A stretch of DNA of 64,000 nucleotides, taken from positions 3,712,001 through 3,776,000 of the forward strand of contig CBDEFM010000002.1 of the NCBI GenBank assembly GCA_965237415.1. Reading direction: 5' to 3'. The position numbers and the translations under genes were made by a program. Source of the stretch: Alphaproteobacteria bacterium. GTDB lineage: Bacteria > Pseudomonadota > Alphaproteobacteria > UBA828. The stretch's first letter is position 1. Every line of letters begins with the position of its first letter. The notes beneath the pieces were generated by a model. It was not told where the DNA came from and did not search any database. It saw nothing but the letters and a program-made list of their open reading frames with translations. Shown here in pieces: positions 54,685-63,257 of this stretch.

Positions 54685-54883
54685 CCTGCTTATCCGTGTC
54701 ACTCCGCCTGTGGGGATGTATGTTCTCAATATGTTCTGTATGAGGGGGTCACGGTTATGGGGTTCAAGGTTGCATCGCGCGTGCGTGGTTTGAGCGACGA
54801 GGCGTTTCGCGAGGCCTTCGGTACCGAGGAGCAGTGCCGCGCGGCGCTGCTCCGGCTGCGCTGGCCGGACGGCTTCCTCTGCC
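54685..54883 (+). pseudogene. IS1595-family 5' fragment (copy b), cut by IS21
   Basis: MGFKV...LSDEAFREAFGTEEQCRAALLRLRWPDGFLC. Confidence 0.8.
54722..54736 (+). promoter_or_regulatory. Alphaproteobacterial LexA box
   Basis: GTTC-TCAATAT-GTTC, 20 nt upstream of the transposase ATG. Confidence 0.65.
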
Positions 54884-55908
54884 TGTTAACGGCGGAGGAA
54901 TAATGCTCCACGCGGAGCGATCGGACGGTCCGGTCGCGGCGGCGCAAAAATGCGCCAACCATGGTCCTTTGTCGGTTGCGACGAGGGGCGGGGGATGTAC
55001 GGCGTGGAGCTCTATGCGGCGGTTCGACTGGCGGTTGTCGACGAGGGTTTGAGCCATCACGAGGCGGGCCGTCGGTTCGGCATCGACCGTCGCACGGTGA
55101 AGAAGATGCTGAGCTACTCGGCGCCGCCGGGCTACCGCCGGACGAAGCCGGTCAGGCGGCCCAAGCTGGACGGGTTCACCGGCATCGTCGACGCGATCCT
55201 GGAGGCGGACACGGATCCGGATGTGCCGCGCAAGCAGCGCCACACGGCGCACCGGATCTTCGAGCGGCTGCGGGACGAGTACGGGTTCACCGGCGGCTAT
55301 ACCATCCAGACCGTGTGAAAACGTCATTGAATTCAGATTTTCGAGTAAGTCTGCTTGATTTCTGAAAAGTGCAGCCTGCTAAGTCATTGATTTCATTAAC
55401 ACTGAAAATTCAACCAATGGGCTGAAATCACATTTCGAGCGATTCTCCGACGTTTTGACACAGTCTGCATCGTGAAGGACTATGTGCGTTCCCGGCGGCA
55501 ATCGACGCGCGAGGCCTTCGTTCCACTGCATCACCCGCCGGGCCATGCCCAGGTCGACTTCGGCGAGGCGGTGGTGGAGCTGCGGGGGCAGCGGGAGAAG
55601 GTCGCCTTCTTCTGCCTGATCCTGCCCCATTCCAACGTCTGGTTCGTCAAGGCCTATCCGAGGGAGACGACCGAGGCCTTCCTCGACGGCCATGTCAGCG
55701 CCTTCGCCTTCCTCGGCGGGGTTCCGCGCTCGATCCTCTACGACAACACCACCCTTGCGGTGGCGCGGATCCTGGGCGACGGCACGCGCCGCAGGACGCA
55801 GGCGTTCTCACATCTTCAGTCGCACTACCTGTTCCGCGACCGCTTCGGCCGGCCCGGCAAAGGCAACGACAAGGGGAAGGTGGAGGCCCTGGTGAAGACG
55901 GCGCGGCG
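54884..55908 (+). mobile_element. IS21 copy A: left end plus truncated, MITE-interrupted istA
   Basis: TGTTAACGGCGG end; istA from 54995 nearly identical to copy B, cut at KTARR. Confidence 0.9.
55307..55467. mobile_element. 161-bp MITE with IS1182-like ends and 4-bp TSD CATC
   Basis: CAGACCGTGTGAAAACGTC...GACGTTTTGACACAGTCTG; CATC at 55303 and 55468; empty site seen in istA copy B. Confidence 0.9.
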
Positions 55909-56090
55909 TGTCAACGGCGGCGAGATTATGTACCGGCGCGGCGGCGTAAAAATGTACCACGGGCTCGGTGGTAGCTTGTCCGCGTAGTCCACGGGAGGGA
56001 CCCGCGCGCGCGGGTCGACGCGCCCTGTGCGCGGCTGGCGGCGGCCCGCGCGTGGGTGGGGCCTATGGGCCCACGGGGACAAGCGGGGGG

Positions 56091-56528
56091 TTATTCGGAC
56101 GGGCGCTGGCGTCGCGATCGGCTCTGCCTGAGCCGGTAGCTGTCTGCGTTCATCTCCAGGATATGGACATGGTGGGTGATGCGGTCGAGCAGCGCGCCGG
56201 TGAGGCGCTCGCTGGCGAAGACCGTTGTCCATTCCTGGAAGGGCAGGTTTGAGGTCACGATTGTGGCGCCGTTTTCGTAGCGCCGGCTGAAGACGTCGAA
56301 CAGCAGTTCGCTTCCGGTCTGCGAGAGGGGCACGTAGCCGAGCTCGTCGACGATCAGGAGATTGACCCTGGCGAGCTGGTCCTGGAGGCGGAGGAGCCTC
56401 TTCTCGTCGCGCGCCTCGATCATCTCGTGGACCAGGTGAGAGGCGGTGGTGAAGCGCACGGAGAGGCCCTTCTGGCAGGCGGCAAGCCCGAGGGCGAGCG
56501 CGACATGCGTCTTGCCGACGCCTGACGG
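56091..56528 (-). pseudogene. istB: istB C-terminal half
   Basis: PSGVGKTH, LLIVDELG, TSNLPF, LLDRITHH, DSYR. Confidence 0.92.
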
Positions 56529-56998
56529 AACAGCCACACACTGCCCGATACCAGGGCGGTCCGACGAAGATCCACTACCCCTTCCACCCCCGCACGGGCC
56601 AGCGCGTGGAAGTGGTTCGGCGCCACCGCTTCAAGGGGACCATGATCTACGTCGTCCGCCAGCCGGATGGCACGCTGGCGCAGATACCGACCTGGATGTG
56701 CTTTCCAGACGCGGCGGCGATGACGGTGACGGATCAGCCGCGGATCGCGCTGGACGCCCTGCGCGACCTCCGTTCGGACATCGACGCTGTTCTACCATCG
56801 CCCTCCCGCATGGATTTGGGAGGGCGACATGGGAAGACAGGGAGAGCTGTTGGAACTACTGGAGCCGGGTCCGGCACTCACGCCGGCGATGCGAGGGGCG
56901 GTAATCCCGATACTGGCGGCGCTGCTGCTCGAAGCGGCAGCGAACCCGACGGAGGACATGGCGGACGGGACGGCCACGGAGAAGGAGGCGGGCGATGA
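56528..56998 (+). CDS. ORF1 of element copy 2 (YPFHP-motif protein); start codon located at 59073
   Basis: EQPHTARYQGGPTKIHYPFHPRTGQ...; TGA overlaps the recombinase ATG. Confidence 0.72.
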   Translation, partial: EQPHTARYQGGPTKIHYPFHPRTGQRVEVVRRHRFKGTMIYVVRQPDGTLAQIPTWMCFPDAAAMTVTDQPRIALDALRDLRSDIDAVLPSPSRMDLGGRHGKTGRAVGTTGAGSGTHAGDARGGNPDTGGAAARSGSEPDGGHGGRDGHGEGGGR

Positions 56999-57014
56999 AC
57001 AAGATCGCGCCTGA
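56829..57014 (+). CDS. Small ORF2 of element copy 2
   Basis: GGAGG RBS; MGRQGELLELLEPGP...EAGDEQDRA. Confidence 0.6.
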   Translation: MGRQGELLELLEPGPALTPAMRGAVIPILAALLLEAAANPTEDMADGTATEKEAGDEQDRA

Positions 57015-59054
57015 CCATCTGGCGCGCGAGGCGGTCGTCTACATTCGGCAGTCGACGCCGGACCAGCTGCGGCACAACCACGAGAGCCGCCGTCGTCAGT
57101 ACGGCCTTGCGGATCGGGCTCGCGGTCTGGGCTGGGACGAGCCCGTGATTATCGACGAGGATCTCGGCCGCTCTGGAGGCGGAACGTCGCGGCCGGGCTT
57201 CGATCGGCTGCTGCTGGCGATCTGCGAAGGGCGCGTCGGCATCGTGCTGTCGCTGGAGGCTTCGAGGCTCGCTCGAAACGGCCGCGACTGGCACACGCTG
57301 CTGGAGTTCTGCGCGCTTGTGGGCTGCCTGCTGGGCGACGAGGACGGCTTGTATGATCCTCGCCTGCCGAACGACCGTCTATTGCTGGGTATGAAGGGGA
57401 CGCTGTCGGAGATGGAGCTCTCGACGCTGCGCCAGCGCTCGCTCGAGGCGCTGCGCCTGAAGGCGTCCCGTGGCGAGCTATTCCTCAGCGTCGCGGTGGG
57501 CTACGTGAAGGTCCGATGCGACCGGATCGCCAAGGATCCCGACCGGCGCGTGCGTGAGGCAATCGATCTCGTGTTCCGCAAGTTCGCGGAGTTCCGGAGC
57601 ATCCGCCAGGTCCACCTCTGGCTGCGGCAGGAGGAAGTGCTGCTGCCGGCCGTCAGGATCGTTGGCAAGGAGCGCCATATTGTCTGGAAGCCGCCGGTCT
57701 ACGGCACCGTCCACAAGCTGATGACCAACCCCGTCTACGCCGGCGCGTACGCGTTTGGCCGGACGGAGAGCCGCGTGACCGTCGAGAACGGACGCAAGCG
57801 CGTCACGCGCGGCTTTCGCCGCGATCGCGCGGACTGGGACGTGTTGATCCGCGATCACCACGAAGGCTACGTTTCCTGGGACGAGTACGAGAGGAACCAG
57901 CGTCTGATCGCCGACAACGCCAACTGCGGGGCTTGATGGCAAGGGGCGCCGTGCGCCGCGGCGATGCGCTGCTCGCGGGCCTGCTGCGCTGCGGACACTG
58001 CGGCCGGCGTGTGCACGTCCACTACAGCGGCACCAAGGGGTACTGCGTCCGTTACGGCTGCCAAGGCGCGCATGTCAACCACGGCACCAGGCCGTGCATC
58101 GCCTTCGGCGGCTTGCGCGTGGATACTGCGGTCGGCGATGCAGTGCTGCGACTGCTATCTCCGCTCGGCGTCGAAGCGGCGCTGGCCGCCATCGAGACCC
58201 GTGAGAGCGACAACGCCGAGATCCGACGGCAGGCGGAGCTGGCGCTGACGCAGGCGCGCTACGAGGCCGATCTGGCACAGCGCCAATACGATGCCGTCGA
58301 TCCAGCTAACCGCCTTGTCGCGGCCGAGCTGGAGCGACGGTGGAACGACCGGCTGGCGGATGTGCGCCGGCAGGAGGAGCGGCTCGCCGCCACTGCGGCC
58401 GCCCGTCCGGAGGCACCGTCATGCGCGGAGAAACAGCGCTTGATGGCGCTGGGCGATGATCTCTCGACGGCGTGGTCGCGCCCCGATGCCACCGCCGAGA
58501 CGCGCAAGGCCATCCTGCGCGCGGTTCTGGAGGAGATCGTCGTCACGCTGGCCGATGGCTGCGTTGACCTTCTTCTCCACTGGCGTGGCGGCGACCACAC
58601 GCGTCTGAGCGTGCCGCGCAACCGTAGGGGACAGCATCGCTGGGCGGCGAGCGCCGAGGTGGTCGACCTGGTTCGCGGACTGGCGAGGCAGCTGCCGGAC
58701 GGCGCGATCGCGGCCACGCTCAACCGCCTCGGCAAGAAGACCGGGCGAGGCAACTCGTGGACGGAAGCGCGGGTGCGCACCTTCCGCAATAGCCGTGGCG
58801 TTGCCGTCTTCCGATCAGGCGAGATGGCGGAGCGGGGCGAGCTGACGCTGACCGATGCCGCCGCACGGCTCGGCATCAGCAAGATGACGGTGCTGCGGTT
58901 GATTGCGGGCGGCACAATCGACGCCACGCAGGTGTGCAAGGGAGGGCCATGGGCCATCCCGGAGGCGCTGATAGACGCCCTGTACGGCACTGACCTGCGC
59001 CAATCGCGCCCGCTAACAGCCGATCCGAACCAGGAACAGCTGGATTTTCAATAA
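56995..59054 (+). pseudogene. Large serine recombinase with a 1-bp frameshift near 57927
   Basis: YIRQST catalytic Ser, CGHC zinc ribbon, coiled coil, C-terminal HTH LTLTDAAARLGISKMTVLRLI; TGCGGGGCTTGA versus TGCCGGGGCCTGA in copy 1. Confidence 0.9.
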
Positions 59055-59089
59055 CGTAGCGAGGTGTGCATTATGCACTCGGACTCGAG

Positions 59090-59418
59090 GGCCCGAGCAG
59101 GATCGCGTTCTCGCGCCGCTCGATCCACTCGCAGCGCGCCAACTCCAGCACCTGCGCCTTGTTCAGCGCGGGGATGGCCTTGAAGTCGAAGCTGTCGAGG
59201 CTCTTGGCGACCGGGAACTTCGCCGCCTTGATGCGCCGCTCGACCATGCGCCGTTCGCGATCGATCAGTTCCAGCTCCACCAGCCGGGCCAGGAACTGAA
59301 CATGATCCAGGGCCTCGGCCGCGCACTGGCGCGCCAGTTTCTCGTACTCGCGCAGAAAGGTCGGCAGCTTCAGCTTCTTCAGATGATGCTCGAGCAGGAT
59401 GCGCGGCGCCTCAGCCAT
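59090..59418 (-). pseudogene. istB: istB N-terminal half
   Basis: LKKLKLP, RRIKAAKFP..KSLDSFDF, ENAILLGP then element sequence. Confidence 0.92.
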
Positions 59419-60907
59419 GGCCGGCGGCCAGCAGGGTGGCGTAATCGGCGCTACGGGTGGCGGCGACGAAGGGCTGGGGGAGGTGCGGATAGCGTGTCAG
59501 GTCGAGACGGGCCGGCCGCTTCTCGATGCGCGCCAGCAGCAGGTGCTTGACCGCATCGAAGCCGATCACGCGCCGCTTCACCGCGTCCTGCACCGCGGCC
59601 GTCACCTGGCGCTCCGGAAAGTCCTCCAGCAGGCGCAGCACCTGGATGTATTCGCGCTTGCCGCGCGGCCCGAAGCGGGCTTCGAGGAGGCGGCGCAGCG
59701 TGTCGAAGGCCGGATCGAGCTTCCACCCCCGCAGCGGCGCCGCCTGGTCCAGGGCGCCCGGCTTCCTCTCCAGCAACGACAGATAGTGCAGCGGGTCGTA
59801 GACGACGTCGCCGCGGACATAGGAGCGCCTATGGCGGGCGACGATCTCGGCGCCGAGCGCGATCTCGACCCGGTCGACATAGCCCTTGATCGTCACCTTC
59901 TTGTGGGCGTGCACCGCCGGCGCCGAGTAGTCCACCAACCGGTAGCGCACCAGGGCCGTCGAGGAGACCTGGCCCGGCACATGCTCGCAGGCCTCGAAGG
60001 GAGAAGCCGGCAGATCGCGCAGGGCGTCGAGATCGGCGAGCAGCGCCGCCGCCTGCTCCCCTGCCTCCAGCGCGTCGAGCCGCTCCAGGCACCGAGCCAT
60101 CAGCCGCTCGTTCAGGACCGACAGGTCATGCACCTTCGGGATCGGAACCATGAACCGGCGCCGCGCCGTCTTCACCAGGGCCTCGACCTTGCCCTTGTCG
60201 TTGCCCTTGCCGGGCCGGCCGAAGCGGTCGCGGAACAGGTAGTGCGACTGAAGATGTGAGAACGCCTGCGTCCTGCGGCGCGTGCCGTCCCCCAGGATCC
60301 GCGCCACCGCAAGGGTGGTGTTGTCGTAGAGGATCGAGCGCGGAACCCCGCCGAGGAAGGCGAAGGCGCTGACATGGCCGTCGAGGAAGGCCTCGGTCGT
60401 CTCCCTCGGATAGGCCTTGACGAACCAGACGTTGGAATGGGGCAGGATCAGGCAGAAGAAGGCAACCTTCTCCCGCCTGCCTCCGACCTCGACCGTCGCC
60501 TCGCCGAAGTCGACCTGGGCATGGCCCGGCGGGTGATGCAGTGGAACGAAGGCCTCGCGCGTCGATTGCCGCCGGGAACGCACATAGTCCTTCACGATGG
60601 TGTAGCCGCCGGTGAACCCGTGCTCGTCCCGTAGCCGCTCGAAGATCCGATGCGCCGTGTGACGCTGCTTGCGCGGCACGTCCGGATCCGTGTCCGCCTC
60701 CAGGATCGCGTCGACGATGCCGGTGAACCCGTCCAGCTTGGGCCGCCTGACCGGCTTCGTCCGGCGGTAGCCCGGCGGTGCCGAGTAGCTCAGCATCTTC
60801 TTCACCGTCCGGCGGTCGATGCCGAACCGCCGGCCCGCCTCGTGATGGCTCAGACCCTCGTCGACAACCGCCAGTCGAACCGCCGCATAGAGCTCCACGC
60901 CGTACAT
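59411..60907 (-). CDS. istA: IS21 transposase IstA, intact
   Basis: HTAHRIFERL, PG..QVDFG, YDN, KGKVE. Confidence 0.95.
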   Translation of the reverse strand: MYGVELYAAVRLAVVDEGLSHHEAGRRFGIDRRTVKKMLSYSAPPGYRRTKPVRRPKLDGFTGIVDAILEADTDPDVPRKQRHTAHRIFERLRDEHGFTGGYTIVKDYVRSRRQSTREAFVPLHHPPGHAQVDFGEATVEVGGRREKVAFFCLILPHSNVWFVKAYPRETTEAFLDGHVSAFAFLGGVPRSILYDNTTLAVARILGDGTRRRTQAFSHLQSHYLFRDRFGRPGKGNDKGKVEALVKTARRRFMVPIPKVHDLSVLNERLMARCLERLDALEAGEQAAALLADLDALRDLPASPFEACEHVPGQVSSTALVRYRLVDYSAPAVHAHKKVTIKGYVDRVEIALGAEIVARHRRSYVRGDVVYDPLHYLSLLERKPGALDQAAPLRGWKLDPAFDTLRRLLEARFGPRGKREYIQVLRLLEDFPERQVTAAVQDAVKRRVIGFDAVKHLLLARIEKRPARLDLTRYPHLPQPFVAATRSADYATLLAAGHG

Positions 60908-61024
60908 CTCCTGCCCCTCGTCGCAACCGACAAGGGACCATGAGTGGCACAATTTTGCGCCGCCGCGACCGGACCGTCCGGTCGCTCCGCGTGGAGCATT
61001 ATTCCTCCGCCGTTAACAGGGGAG

Positions 61025-61100
<76 letters not shown>

Positions 61101-61144
61101 GGTGCTGCGGCCGGCGATCCTCGCGCCGGCCGAAAAGCGCGCGG

Positions 61145-61174
61145 ATCATGCGGCGGTGTGCGCCGCCCTGTCAA
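61145..61174 (-). promoter_or_regulatory. Putative sigma70 promoter of tRNA-Ala
   Basis: TTGACA-N18-CATGAT on the minus strand. Confidence 0.5.
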
Positions 61175-61248
61175 GCGGCGGTGCCGGTTCCGGGTATAGT
61201 CAGGGACGCAATGCGGCTGCACCGTCGGGGACGGCCCGGCGCCGCTTC

Positions 61249-61593
61249 TCAATCGCTCTCTAATCTTTCCGCGGGAGGGACGGTGTCGGTCACCAGGTCG
61301 CGGATCACCCGCTTGTTGCGCAAGGGCTCGAGCGTCATGGCGCCGGGCCTGAGGCGGGCCGTGCAGGCGTAAGCGGTCTCGCCGTCGATCCGCATCGTGC
61401 ATTCCTTGCAGACGTTCGCGTTCGTGCAGCTGTAGCGGAAGGCGAGCGACGGGTCGCGGTTCTCGCGCAGCCAGATCAAGCCGTCGAGCACCGAGGCACC
61501 CGTCTCGTAGGGCACCGTGAAGGTCTCGATATCCTGAGCGAGGCCGGGCCCGCTGCGGGCGATGCGCAAGGTGGCGGTGGCGGTGTTGCTCAC
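61249..61593 (-). CDS. 2Fe-2S protein (SdhB/FrdB N-terminal domain only)
   Basis: VLDGL, DPSLAFRYSC....C..C...C, EPL....IRDLV. Confidence 0.85.
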   Translation of the reverse strand: MSNTATATLRIARSGPGLAQDIETFTVPYETGASVLDGLIWLRENRDPSLAFRYSCTNANVCKECTMRIDGETAYACTARLRPGAMTLEPLRNKRVIRDLVTDTVPPAERLESD

Positions 61594-61597
61594 GGGC

Positions 61598-63217
61598 TCA
61601 GGCCGCCGCCGGGAAGGCCGGTGCAAGCACGCCGCCCGTGCGGGTCACCTGCTGGCTCATTGCGAGCGCGGGGTCCATGTCGGAAAAATCTTCTCGCTGA
61701 TGGGCGCCCCGGCTTTCGCGCCGCGCGAGTGCGGTTGCGGCGATCGCCTCCGCCACCTCGAGGCCCGCGCGGAGCGTGTACCAGTCGGCGAGCCCGGTGT
61801 CGTAGGCGCCGCAGGCGGGCACCGCGAGGCCGAGAAGCGCCTCGGAACGCATGCGGCGGATCCTCTCCACCGCCCCGTCGAGCCCCGCACCATCGCGGAG
61901 CGGGCCGACCTGCTCCCACATCAGTTGGCGCAGCTCGCGCGAGAGCGCCAGCGCCGACGGCCCCTCGCCCCGTGCCTCTTTCCGCTCCGCAAGCGTGTCG
62001 AGCGCCGGGCGCGCGGCGCCTGCGCGCCCGGCATCGGGTGTGCGCGCGGCGTCGGCCGCGGCATTCCGCCCGGCCCGGTGGCCGAACACGAGGGCCTCGC
62101 CGGCGGCGTAGAGCCCGGGCACGCGTGTCGCGAGCCGCGCATCCACCCCGATGCCGCCCATGTGGTAGTGGGCGATCGGCGCGACCTCCACCGGCGCATC
62201 GGTCAGGTCGATGCCGTTCGCGGCCAAGCGGTCGATCACCGGCCCGAAGGCAGCGCGCAGCGCGGCCTCGCCGACATGGGCGAACGAGAGGTAGGCGCCG
62301 CCGTGGGGCGAGCCCCGCCCGGCCCGGACCTCGTGCCAGATGGCGTGGGTGGCCGTGTAGCGGCCGGCATCGCTGCCGCCATAGCGCGGCAGGAACTCCT
62401 CCATCTCCCCATTCAGCAGCCGCCCGCCCAGCTTGTAGCGGAACGGGTCCCACATGATCGGGTCCATGCCGACGAGGCGGGGGAAGAGATGGCCGATGGG
62501 GAAGAACTGCACGAACTCCATGTCGATCAGCGCAGCACCTGCGGCGAGCGCGAAGGCATGGCCCTCGCCCGCCGTGTTGGCCGAGGCGCTGGAGCGCGCG
62601 TAGAGCCCCGTCAGCCCGCCGGTCGCGACCACCGTCGCCCGCGCCGCCAGCGTGACGGCGCGGCCGGTCTCCATGTCGAAGCCCACCGCGCCTGCGAGCC
62701 GCCCGTCGGCCATCGCCGGGTCGGTGACGACGAGGCCGGAGACGCGCCTGATCGCGTCTGCGCGCGCCACCCGGCGGCGGAGCGTGGCGGCAACCGCCGG
62801 GCCGGTGTTGAGGATGTCCACATAGCAGCAGCGCCGGCGCCGGTGGCCGGGGGCGGTGACCTGGGCAATCCGCCCGCCCTCCCGCGCCCAGCCGACCCTC
62901 CAGGAGTCCATCTCCCGGATCCGCACCGGCCCCTCCTCGCAGAGCAGCGCGGCGAGCCCCGGATCGCAGAGCCCGCGCCCGGCCTCCAGCGTGTCCTCCA
63001 GGTGGTCTTCGGCGCTGTCGGGCTCGGCCTCGCCGAGGGCGGCGGCGACGGTCATCTGCGCCATCACCGTGGCGCCGCCCCGGCCGACCATGTTGCGATC
63101 GGCGAGGACGATCCGGCCTGCCCCCGCCTCGGCCGCGGCGAGCGCCGCATACATGCCGGCGCCACCCGCGCCGATGACGAGCACGTCGGCCGCGATATGG
63201 GCGGGCGCTTGCGTCAT
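61598..63217 (-). CDS. SdhA/FrdA/NadB-like FAD-binding protein, apparently with internal in-frame deletions
   Basis: IGAGGAG, ATGG, DMEFVQF.P, HYHMGG, R.ESRGAH. Confidence 0.85.
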   Translation of the reverse strand: MTQAPAHIAADVLVIGAGGAGMYAALAAAEAGAGRIVLADRNMVGRGGATVMAQMTVAAALGEAEPDSAEDHLEDTLEAGRGLCDPGLAALLCEEGPVRIREMDSWRVGWAREGGRIAQVTAPGHRRRRCCYVDILNTGPAVAATLRRRVARADAIRRVSGLVVTDPAMADGRLAGAVGFDMETGRAVTLAARATVVATGGLTGLYARSSASANTAGEGHAFALAAGAALIDMEFVQFFPIGHLFPRLVGMDPIMWDPFRYKLGGRLLNGEMEEFLPRYGGSDAGRYTATHAIWHEVRAGRGSPHGGAYLSFAHVGEAALRAAFGPVIDRLAANGIDLTDAPVEVAPIAHYHMGGIGVDARLATRVPGLYAAGEALVFGHRAGRNAAADAARTPDAGRAGAARPALDTLAERKEARGEGPSALALSRELRQLMWEQVGPLRDGAGLDGAVERIRRMRSEALLGLAVPACGAYDTGLADWYTLRAGLEVAEAIAATALARRESRGAHQREDFSDMDPALAMSQQVTRTGGVLAPAFPAAA

Positions 63218-63257
63218 CGCTGCCTTCTGCACCGCTCCTTGGGCCGCCGCGGCCCGA

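Larger units (their letters stand above)
56527..59091 (+). mobile_element. Serine-recombinase element copy 2, both junctions present, shared GG/CC core
   Basis: Removing the insert and one GG rebuilds istB CTC GGG CCG TCA GGC GTC GGC AAG ACG (LGPSGVGKT). Confidence 0.93.
55909..61018 (-). mobile_element. IS21 copy B, both ends present, istB split by the recombinase element
   Basis: Ends TGTCAACGGCGG (55909) and TGTTAACGGCGG (61018, minus); no flanking TSD seen. Confidence 0.92.
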
